Assembly (NCBI GenBank): GCA_965225955.1
Contig: CBDDBX010000037.1
Coordinates: forward strand, 308 to 64,307
From: Candidatus Aminicenantia bacterium
GTDB taxonomy: Bacteria; Acidobacteriota; Aminicenantia; UBA2199
DNA length: 64,000 nucleotides
Reading direction: 5' to 3'
Numbering within the stretch: position 1 is the stretch's first letter; each line of letters opens with the position of its first letter. This document shows positions 39,201 to 47,547 of the stretch, one piece after another. Made by a program: the position numbers and the translations under genes. The notes beneath the pieces were generated by a model, which worked only from the letters and a program-made list of their open reading frames with translations, was not told the DNA's origin and made no database searches.

Positions 39201-40360
39201 AAAATCTCCTTTTTGAAGGTGTAGAGTATTATGAGGGGATTATCGCCGGGTTTGAGTTCTATATTGGATAATCTGGGGTATCTGTTTTTTAGTTTATCAA
39301 AATTACTATTATAGGCTACTGCTCCTATGAAGCCTTCTGAACAGGAACCAAAATGGGGGTTAAAGTGGATTGTACTACTGGCAGATGTGAAGCCTGATTT
39401 TGGGAAAAGAATAGCCTTTCTGGTTTTATAGTTTAATAACCAAAGGTTGAAAATTCTCTTCTCCAGCAGATATTCTGTTGCTATCAGGTAGTCACCTGAA
39501 GTTATAAGCCATGCAAATTTGTGGAGATGAAAGTTTATCTTATTTATATCATTAAGTTCCAGATTATCTTTCTTCATTAATTCTGTAACAACTTCTGATT
39601 TATGGGGGAGTAGAAGTTTCACTAGTTTCTGGCTCCCTGTGTCATAAATCGAGATAGATTGCTCAATAGGTGTCAGGTAGAAAACTTTGTCTTTAGTATT
39701 GGCAAAGAAGTTGTGAGGAAGAGAGTAGTATTTGCATGCGGAGCCATCGAACTGATCAAATCCACCAGTTATATTAAAATCCCTGTCCATTATAAGTATT
39801 CTCTTTTTCAAGCTTACTGAATGGTTATCAAAATCTGCTATATATAGAAAAAGATTGTTCTCAACTGAACAGATATCTCTTATCTGCATATCTGTTCTTA
39901 CTTCTTTAACAAGGTTTCCTTCTGCTGAGAACTGCATGATCTTACGCTGACTCAGAATAACTAATTCCCCATTTGAAAGAGAGCAGATACTGGTTATATC
40001 CTGATATTCACCAGGCCCCTGGCCCGGAGTGCCAAAAGATTTTATAAACTTACCATTTTTGTCGAATTTAAAAACTTTCCTGGATTTCTGCCTGTCACAA
40101 ATAAAATATTCCCCTTCAGCAGTACGAATTACTTTGTGTATTATTCCGATTGCTGAATTATCTGATAACTCAGGTTTTATAACTTCTTTTATAGTGAGGT
40201 TATCCATAAAGTGTCCCATCTTTTTTTTTGTGAATTTAATGGAATTGTATTCAAGTTCTGTGTAGCCCTTATTTTCATCACTGCTGCAGTTAATCAGCAT
40301 AAATGCAATGATAATAATTGCAATATAGCTGACGGTGTTTAATCTACCCAACATTCTCAT
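39197..40360 (-). CDS. 6-bladed beta-propeller (DUF5128-like) probable lipoprotein, module 2
   Basis: FKFDKNGKFIKSFGTPGQGPGEY; C-terminal DNPLIILY; possible lipobox LINC. Confidence 0.8.
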   Translation of the reverse strand: MRMLGRLNTVSYIAIIIIAFMLINCSSDENKGYTELEYNSIKFTKKKMGHFMDNLTIKEVIKPELSDNSAIGIIHKVIRTAEGEYFICDRQKSRKVFKFDKNGKFIKSFGTPGQGPGEYQDITSICSLSNGELVILSQRKIMQFSAEGNLVKEVRTDMQIRDICSVENNLFLYIADFDNHSVSLKKRILIMDRDFNITGGFDQFDGSACKYYSLPHNFFANTKDKVFYLTPIEQSISIYDTGSQKLVKLLLPHKSEVVTELMKKDNLELNDINKINFHLHKFAWLITSGDYLIATEYLLEKRIFNLWLLNYKTRKAILFPKSGFTSASSTIHFNPHFGSCSEGFIGAVAYNSNFDKLKNRYPRLSNIELKPGDNPLIILYTFKKEIL

Positions 40361-40495
40361 ATCCTCTTTATTTAAATTGCGTTGGTTACCCTCTATATTG
40401 AGTAGAATCAGGTAGAAAAATCACCTTCTGATATTCTGCCGGAACTTAATATAGCTTTTTACCAACTGTTTATGTTTAACTAATAACCCATTGAA

Positions 40496-40535
40496 TTTAT
40501 ACTTAATGTGAAGTTAATAGTCAAGGTGGGGGAAT
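40496..40535 (-). promoter_or_regulatory. Sigma70 promoter of module 2, with the right copy of the 16-bp direct repeat
   Basis: Minus strand ATTCCCCCACC-TTGACT-17bp-TATAAA. Confidence 0.7.
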
Positions 40536-40543
40536 ATTCAAAT

Positions 40544-41098
40544 AGACGCAAGGATGCGTCTCTACTACTGTTTGTTTTTTATGATTCCTGCTGGTTAATG
40601 AAAATTGTGTTTTTATGATGTTTAATAATTCGTTTAACGGGTTAGACATGCCTAACCCCTACACGACCATAAGCTTTCCACTTAGTGTAAAATTGTACAG
40701 CTGTTTTTGGTTCCTCAAAAATTAATAACAGGATTGGCCCCTTCTATGAATGAAGATGCTTCTGTCTTTTTAGCTGCGATGTTCGGGAGGGTGTTATCTT
40801 AAGGCTTGTTGGACTTTCTAATACCACCCCGTCAGCTGCACAACTTTTCCGGGAAAAGGTTGTTTGCTGCCCCCCCTCCTTTTATGAATAAGGTGAAAAG
40901 CTAACGCTTTCTCCCATCTCCGCAATTAATCGCTGCTCGCAAGCTCACTGCTCATGCGGAGAAGGAGGGGATTTCTGTTTGTCTTATAGTAAATTTGTGT
41001 GACTTGTGTGATCTGTATTGTTTCCATTCGCGTTTATTAGCGTTCCTGTCAGGGCGTAGCCGAAGGCAAAGGCTGATTATTAGCGTGAATTCGCGTTC
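40544..41098. repeat. Mosaic REP-like composite repeat, copy C
   Basis: Inverted copy of 29382-29608 interrupted by the module shared with 25123-25270, then ATTCGCGT/TTAGCGT-type repeats. Confidence 0.88.
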
Positions 41099-41147
41099 TG
41101 ATGATTAGTATTGCTGGTTAAACTGGCGTTTTGTTGTTTGCGGGAGC

Positions 41148-41195
41148 TTAGATTAGAACTTCCTTTTTGAAGGTGTAGAGTATTATGAGGGGATT
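41148..41195 (-). pseudogene. Orphan 3' end of a beta-propeller paralog
   Basis: 35-bp exact match to 39207-39241; reads NPLIILYTFKKEVLI* versus NPLIILYTFKKEIL*. Confidence 0.7.
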
Positions 41196-41403
41196 GGATT
41201 GTGAAGTAGTTTTGCTTTTGACTTTTTGTTTTTATGATAATAGAATAAAAAATAGTGTTAAAACGAATTTAAGTTTAGATTTTAAACTATTTGGGGGAAA
41301 GTTTTGAGGGGAACTTTCTTTGGTGGGTAAAATGAAAATGTACGAAAGCAATCTTAAAAATCCAGAGAAGCTCTATAAAGGTATAATTTCAGGGAGCACT
41401 ATC

Positions 41404-41796
41404 GTGAGAATAGTAGTGAAAGATATTGTTGGTATTAATTGCATTACTATTGATAGTGGGGAAAGTGTTTTTAAGCCTGCTCTAAAGGAACTAAAAAAAG
41501 GCAGAACTGTTATTCTTGATTTTCTGGGAGTGGAGAAATATGCGACACCTTTTTTTAATTTTGCAATTGGCCAGTTGCTGTTTTTTTTTGAGAAAGAAGA
41601 AATTTCTGGATTATTGAAGTTTGATAATCTGGATGAATTGGGAAGGAGAATTGTTGAGATAGTTATTAACAATTCAGAAAGGTACTACAGAGATGAAAGA
41701 TATCGTAAAGCTGTAGATGAAATTATTGGGCACAAATCAGATGAATGGGAGTGTGATTTATGTCCAGAATTTATCAAATCAGAAGCGATGTTATAG
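41404..41796 (+). CDS. STAS-like (DUF4325-type) protein
   Basis: GTG after GGGAG; MRIVVKDIVG..VILDFLGVE..TPFFNFAIGQL. Confidence 0.8.
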   Translation: MRIVVKDIVGINCITIDSGESVFKPALKELKKGRTVILDFLGVEKYATPFFNFAIGQLLFFFEKEEISGLLKFDNLDELGRRIVEIVINNSERYYRDERYRKAVDEIIGHKSDEWECDLCPEFIKSEAML

Positions 41797-42377
41797 ATAT
41801 AAGGAGAGATAAACCAACTATAGATGATTCTTTTCTTATTGATACAAACGTATGGTACTGGTTAACTTACGTTAAGTGCCTGAATGCCAGGCATTATCAG
41901 ATTACGTACTATCCTTCTTATCTGGCTAAATCTATAGAATCTGGTGGGGAACTTTATTATGCGGAGACATCTTTTGCTGAACTATCGCATCTAATAGAAC
42001 GAACTGAATATAACCTCTATTGTACAGAAAGAGAACAGATGCGATTTAAAGATTTCAGGCATAATCTGGCAGAAGAAAGGCAGCACGTCATTGATGAATT
42101 GAAGCTTGCATGGAGGATTGTTGAAATGTGTGCTCAGTGCGCCGAAATAACATTGAATGGAGAACTCAGTAGTAAGTGGTTTGTGGAAATGAGTAAAACT
42201 AAAGTTGATGGATACGATCTTTTTATTCTGGAGACAATGAAGAGTAATAATATTACCAAACTGGTTACAGATGATGGTGACTTCTCAACGGTTCAGGGGA
42301 TTCAGGTTTTCACAGCCAACAGAGGTGTAATCAATGCTGCTGAGGAGCAGGGGAAATTACTGAATCGATATTTGTAA
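41760..42377 (+). CDS. PIN-domain nuclease
   Basis: FLIDTNVW, AE, DGYD and LVTDDGDF acidic motifs. Confidence 0.85.
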   Translation: MSRIYQIRSDVIDIRRDKPTIDDSFLIDTNVWYWLTYVKCLNARHYQITYYPSYLAKSIESGGELYYAETSFAELSHLIERTEYNLYCTEREQMRFKDFRHNLAEERQHVIDELKLAWRIVEMCAQCAEITLNGELSSKWFVEMSKTKVDGYDLFILETMKSNNITKLVTDDGDFSTVQGIQVFTANRGVINAAEEQGKLLNRYL

Positions 42378-42394
42378 GACGTGCTGTTATGATT

Positions 42395-43111
42395 CTATTT
42401 TTTCGGGATCTGATTTATGAGTTGTAACATTACCGGGGTGGGGATATAGTTGATTGTAACAGAGACTCTCTTTTTTGTTTTTATTTCTGAGATTCTTAAT
42501 GCGGAAGAGATATGAAACTTTCCACATGGAAAGTGGGTTATATTCTCTGTTTTATACCCCTCTCTCTCTTTTGACTGTCTATTAAAAAGATCCATTGTTG
42601 AATTAAGAGTAGATGGTTTACCGTACTTCTTTTTGTACAATTCATTTATAGAGGCATAGGTCTTTTCAAAACTCTTTTTATTGATTCTCCATACCTTATC
42701 TTCAGTGGTTACGAAATATGTACTAAGCTCCAGGGTAAGATACCTACTGCCAGTGGTTCCATATATGAAGCGTATCTGAAAAGCCGGAGAGTCTAACCCA
42801 TCCAAAGGAAACCGATAGGTGTAAGTACTGCTCTTTTCAATTACTCCTGATTTAAGTAACTTAAGAGTGTGTTTATCCACTTCTTCAGCTGTTGAGGGGA
42901 ATATTTTATAATTCAGCAGAAATTTATCTTTGGGAATAATATTGAGGTCTTCCTCTGTTATATGATTTCTGATTTTCAGAAAAAACTCTCTGGTTTTCTG
43001 CCTCTGAGCTTCCGATTGTTTGCTGGATTCTTCTGAAATACTCGGGGTGTTTGTGCTACTGCAGCCTATTGTAAGGAAAAGCAGTGTTAATAAGAGAAGT
43101 ATGTATTTCAT
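42395..43111 (-). CDS. Hypothetical lipoprotein
   Basis: Lipobox TIGC after a hydrophobic signal. Confidence 0.7.
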   Translation of the reverse strand: MKYILLLLTLLFLTIGCSSTNTPSISEESSKQSEAQRQKTREFFLKIRNHITEEDLNIIPKDKFLLNYKIFPSTAEEVDKHTLKLLKSGVIEKSSTYTYRFPLDGLDSPAFQIRFIYGTTGSRYLTLELSTYFVTTEDKVWRINKKSFEKTYASINELYKKKYGKPSTLNSTMDLFNRQSKEREGYKTENITHFPCGKFHISSALRISEIKTKKRVSVTINYIPTPVMLQLINQIPKK

Positions 43112-43132
43112 GATTTTCAGCCTGAAATCAGA

Positions 43133-43158
43133 AGCAGGGCCTGTAAAAGCCCTGCTTT
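43133..43158. terminator. Intrinsic terminator downstream of ettA
   Basis: AGCAGGGC-CTGTAAAA-GCCCTGCT hairpin. Confidence 0.6.
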
Positions 43159-43166
43159 GAATATTT

Positions 43167-44852
43167 TTAATCTCTTGTAAGATGTCTGTATCGTATACGC
43201 TTTGGAATCAGAGCTGCAGCTCCGAGGCGCTTTTTCTTATCTTCTTCATATTCTGAGAAGTTACCTTCAAACCATAATGCTTCACTATCTCCCTCAAAGG
43301 CAAGAATGTGGGTGGCAATTCTGTCAAGGAACCATCTGTCATGACTAACTACCAGAGCGCAGCCTGCAAAATCCAGGAGTGCTTCTTCCAGTGCTCTTAG
43401 TGTATTAACATCCAGATCGTTTGTAGGTTCATCAAGAAGCAGAACATTTGCCTCCTCTTTAAGCATTAGTGCAAGATTTACACGGTTACGTTCACCACCG
43501 GAAAGCTCAGAAAGTTTTTTCTGCTGATCTCCACCGCTGAAGTTGAAACGTGCAACATAAGCTCTTGAATTGAACTCTCTGTTAGCTATTCTTATGATGT
43601 CATCTCCACCGGAAACCTGCTCCCAGATACTCTTTTCAGAATCCAGATGTTCACGACTCTGATCAGCATAGGCAAGTTTAACGGTTTGTCCAAGATTTAT
43701 CTCACCACTGTCAGGTTTTTCCTGTCCTGTAAGCATCTTCATAAGAGTTGTTTTACCAGCACCGTTGGGTCCTATAATACCAACGATAGCACCGGGAGGA
43801 ATAACAAAGTTCATGTTGTTAAGAAGTACCTTGTCATCATAGCTCTTATTAAGATCTTTTGCTTCAATAACTATATCTCCGAGTCTGGGGCCTGCAGGAA
43901 TAAATATCTGCATCTCCTTCTCTTTCTCTTTTACATCCTGATTCAGAAGGTTCTCATAAGAGTTGAGTCGGGATTTTGATTTTGTATGTCTTGCACCTGG
44001 AGTCATGCGAACCCACTCAAGTTCACGCTCAAGGGTTTTACGGCGTTCAGAAGCCTGTTTTTCTTCCTGCTCAAGACGCTTCTGTTTCTGATCCAGCCAT
44101 GATGAGTAGTTACCTTTCCAGGGGATACCTTCTCCTCTGTCAAGTTCCAGAATCCATCCGGCAACATTATCAAGGAAGTAACGATCGTGAGTAATTGCAA
44201 TAACTGTTCCTTCGTACTGCTGAAGATGGTGCTCCAGCCATGCAACGGTTTCTGCATCCAGATGGTTTGTGGGCTCGTCAAGGAGCAGAATGTCGGGTTT
44301 AGTTAATAGAAGCCTGCATAGTGCCACTCTTCTTTTTTCACCACCTGAGAGAACAGAGGTCTTCTGATCTTCAGGAGGACATCTGAGAGCATCCATAGCC
44401 ATCTCAAGTTTTGAATCGAGGTTCCATGCATCCAGAGCATCAAGGCGATCCTGAACTTCTCCCTGTTTCTGAAGAAGTTTGTCCATCTCGTCGTCACCCA
44501 TTGGCTCTGCAAAAGCTTCATTTATTCTGTCATACTCAGCCAGAAGATCTACAGTTTCCTGAACACCTTCTGAAACAACCTCTTTAACTGTTTTTTCAGG
44601 GTCCAGTTCCGGTTCCTGCTCAAGGTAGCCTATTGTGAAACCCGGGGAACAGGCTGTTTCTCCGATAAATTCTTTATCTACACCTGCCATAATACGCAGT
44701 AGTGTGGATTTACCTGAACCGTTCAATCCGATAACGCCGATTTTGGCTCCATAAAAGTATGAAAGAGAGATGTCTTTCAGTATGTTACGCTGATTGATAC
44801 GTTTACCAACCCGCATCATCGAGTAGATGATTTTATTCTGTTCTTCTGCCAC
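43167..44852 (-). CDS. ettA: Energy-dependent translational throttle ABC-F ATPase
   Basis: ILKDISLSYFYGAKIGVIGLNGSGKST, GIPWKGNYSSWL, two ABC domains; GTG start after AAGGAG. Confidence 0.95.
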   Translation of the reverse strand: MAEEQNKIIYSMMRVGKRINQRNILKDISLSYFYGAKIGVIGLNGSGKSTLLRIMAGVDKEFIGETACSPGFTIGYLEQEPELDPEKTVKEVVSEGVQETVDLLAEYDRINEAFAEPMGDDEMDKLLQKQGEVQDRLDALDAWNLDSKLEMAMDALRCPPEDQKTSVLSGGEKRRVALCRLLLTKPDILLLDEPTNHLDAETVAWLEHHLQQYEGTVIAITHDRYFLDNVAGWILELDRGEGIPWKGNYSSWLDQKQKRLEQEEKQASERRKTLERELEWVRMTPGARHTKSKSRLNSYENLLNQDVKEKEKEMQIFIPAGPRLGDIVIEAKDLNKSYDDKVLLNNMNFVIPPGAIVGIIGPNGAGKTTLMKMLTGQEKPDSGEINLGQTVKLAYADQSREHLDSEKSIWEQVSGGDDIIRIANREFNSRAYVARFNFSGGDQQKKLSELSGGERNRVNLALMLKEEANVLLLDEPTNDLDVNTLRALEEALLDFAGCALVVSHDRWFLDRIATHILAFEGDSEALWFEGNFSEYEEDKKKRLGAAALIPKRIRYRHLTRD

Positions 44853-44954
44853 GATATGTCTCCTTAATTTCCATGATAGTACTAAACACCGGCAATAAAA
44901 ACAAGATCTCCATGGATTTCTGGTAATCAGAAAGCTTTTTTTAACAAAAAGATT

Positions 44955-44978
44955 GCAGAGACGCATTATTGCGTCTCT
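44955..44978. repeat. Isolated REP-like hairpin, possibly acting as a terminator
   Basis: GCAGAGACGCATTATTGCGTCTCT has the same stem as the 29587 and 40544 copies. Confidence 0.6.
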
Positions 44979-44999
44979 TTTTATTTCAGGAACAGAGAG

Positions 45000-46094
45000 T
45001 TATTTAATTTGATATTTTATGAGGTGGGGTTCATCATCATTCTCGTTATCTTTTATAGCAGTGAAGAACTCTCTGTTCTGGTTGAATTTCATATTCCGGG
45101 GAGTAATCTTCCCATTTCTGATTTCGACTCTGCTTATGAATTTACCATTCATATCGTATGAATAGAAAGTATTCTCTTTACTGAAAAGAAGAATGTTTCC
45201 TTCAGAATCAGTAACTATTCGAGTGAAATAGGGGTGCATTTCAGGAAAGACAGTGGCTTTTATGAAATATTCCGGCACTTTGGTTGTTGTCCCTTTTCCG
45301 GTGGAAAATCTCATGCCTCCAAAAAAACCGGCTTTATCATCCTCTGTTACTGGTCTCTTCTTAATATTGTGTCTGAATTTTATCTTTTTTTTATTCCGAA
45401 GAATGGTTAGCTCTTCATCTCCATGGAAGCCTAAAACAATATCGTTATTGATGTTCAGGGCGCAGGAAATTTCGGGTGCAAAGGGTTGGGGGTGGTTACC
45501 TCTGGCTGAGTAGGTGTTTAACTTAAGTTCTCTGGTATAAAGCTGCTTCAGCTCATTGAAGTCTTTGTCGTAAATATAGATAGTGCCCCACTGTTTGCCC
45601 ATAGTTTTTCTGGAGCCCATGCTGTAAATATAAATTAAATACTTCTCTTTACTGAGAGGTATCAGATGCTTTATAAAGAGAAATTTACCATGCTTGATAT
45701 TCCTTAAAAAAGAGCCATCTTTTTTAAAAACTGAAGCTTTTCTGCTAGTCATTTCTATGATAGTAAGCTGGTCATCAAAAATAACAGGCCTGGAGGGTCT
45801 CATTAAATCTCCCGGACCTTTGCCTTTTTGCCCAACTACTTTATTAAGTGAGCCGTCTTTGTTAAGTATGAAGAACCTGCAACCTCTGTAATCCACTAAA
45901 AAAACAGTACCTTCCCTGTCTACGGTAAAATAGTTAAAATTAGTTACAAAACTGGTACTTTTCAAATTCTCATTGGTTATGTCCAGTTTTTTTTCAAGAT
46001 TGATGTAACCTCTTTTGTAAAGTTCCTTTAATGGTGTTCCCGCAAAAACCATTAACTGAAGACTTAATAGTAAAATAAGAAATCCGCTTTTCAT
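45000..46094 (-). CDS. 6-bladed beta-propeller secreted protein
   Basis: Signal peptide; GQKGKGPGDL; TVDREG and TDSEGNI blade motifs. Confidence 0.75.
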   Translation of the reverse strand: MKSGFLILLLSLQLMVFAGTPLKELYKRGYINLEKKLDITNENLKSTSFVTNFNYFTVDREGTVFLVDYRGCRFFILNKDGSLNKVVGQKGKGPGDLMRPSRPVIFDDQLTIIEMTSRKASVFKKDGSFLRNIKHGKFLFIKHLIPLSKEKYLIYIYSMGSRKTMGKQWGTIYIYDKDFNELKQLYTRELKLNTYSARGNHPQPFAPEISCALNINNDIVLGFHGDEELTILRNKKKIKFRHNIKKRPVTEDDKAGFFGGMRFSTGKGTTTKVPEYFIKATVFPEMHPYFTRIVTDSEGNILLFSKENTFYSYDMNGKFISRVEIRNGKITPRNMKFNQNREFFTAIKDNENDDEPHLIKYQIK

Positions 46095-46355
46095 TTAAAA
46101 CCTCCTTTTTCTCAATTAATTGTATTCTTTGGTTACATTTTATGACTGCAATTTTTTATAGTAAACAATAAAAAAAATTTTCCTGTAATATAGAAAAAAT
46201 ATGGTCAGATAACTGTCCAGGGGGTTTTCTGAAACAGGATCTTCAGTATTGTCGACTGGTTTGATAAGTTTTTTTGTTTTCTTCTGGATGGTTTATTGAA
46301 AAAAACAGATGAGAGGAGGATAATCTGAAGTAAGTTTAGTGCTGGAGGGGTTATT

Positions 46356-47450
46356 ATGGTCAAGTTAATGGTAACGGTGTTTCTTTTTCTGATAGTATTT
46401 ACCGGCTGTACAAATAGTGATACTGAAGATGGCAATGAGCTTTCTACAGATCTTAAGCTGGGAAGTGCTGTGCGACTGGGGGATCTGCCGGTGGAAGGTG
46501 TCGAATGGAAGGTAGATCTTTATAATCACGGAGCTACAATTTATGGAGTGATCTCCAATCATTATATTAGTTTGCATACTATCTCTTCAGACAGTGGAGC
46601 AAACTGGAGCGCTCTGGAAGTAACGGACAAGATGCACGTTCTTGGGGTATATGAGAAAAAAATATACCGTCAGAAACTGATTGATAATAAGCTGAATCTC
46701 TACTCTTCAGAAGATGGTGTTAACTGGATGGAGAAAACAGTTTTTACTCTGCCGGATAATCTGAATGTGGACTCCAATACCCAGACCACAGGTGTTGTTG
46801 CGGATAACGGAACCATCTGGTGTGCTGTATATTACTGGCTGGAAGGAGTGGATTCAAATAATTACACTCTTACTATTCTTAAATCTACAGATCAGGGTAA
46901 AAGTTTTCTTGAGAAGCCACCTGAGAAAGCCAGTGACTATTTCAGGAGAACCTTTGTCAATATGCTGGTGCAGGGTAAACATGTTGCTGTAAACGGGACC
47001 TATTTTTATGGAAAACATGGTGGTGAATCTATGCTTATCAGCAGTGATTATGGGGATAGCTTTGAAGAGGTAAGTAGTAATAATTTCTCCAGAGCTGCAG
47101 CTGATCCTGCTAATCCTGTAAGAGTCTACTACTGCCGTTATGGTGAAAATGCACCTTATCAGTGGAGTTATACTTTCCATAGGACTTCTGATTTTGGAAA
47201 AACCAGTGATATCACAGAAGATTGTGAACCCTGTGATCTTGTTGTCAGAAGTAGTAGTCTTATTGCAAGACTCGATAAGAATGGAATAAGGCAGTCGAAA
47301 GATGAGGGAATGAGCTGGTCAGAGTATGTTAATGTAACTGGTAATATTGAAGTAAAATATACAGAAATATCTTTTATTGAGAGAGTTGATAAAAAGCTCT
47401 TTTTTATGTGGATTAATGATAGCAGTCTCTACATAAGAAAAGAGAAATAG
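46356..47450 (+). CDS. Asp-box/BNR-repeat (sialidase-like) lipoprotein
   Basis: Lipobox FTGC; six SxDxGxxW/F-type repeats. Confidence 0.75.
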   Translation: MVKLMVTVFLFLIVFTGCTNSDTEDGNELSTDLKLGSAVRLGDLPVEGVEWKVDLYNHGATIYGVISNHYISLHTISSDSGANWSALEVTDKMHVLGVYEKKIYRQKLIDNKLNLYSSEDGVNWMEKTVFTLPDNLNVDSNTQTTGVVADNGTIWCAVYYWLEGVDSNNYTLTILKSTDQGKSFLEKPPEKASDYFRRTFVNMLVQGKHVAVNGTYFYGKHGGESMLISSDYGDSFEEVSSNNFSRAAADPANPVRVYYCRYGENAPYQWSYTFHRTSDFGKTSDITEDCEPCDLVVRSSSLIARLDKNGIRQSKDEGMSWSEYVNVTGNIEVKYTEISFIERVDKKLFFMWINDSSLYIRKEK

Positions 47451-47547
47451 TTTCAGTTTTAATAGATAGTGCTTGTTTTGCTCTTCTTCTGATATAACTC
47501 AAGTGTTGTGTTACGCCGGAAGTGCAATATATCAGCAGGAGGTAAAA

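Noticed and set aside
28583-42377. Integron or prophage
   Set aside because: I found no tyrosine or serine recombinase, no recognisable attC pattern and no phage genes, and gene orientations are mixed.
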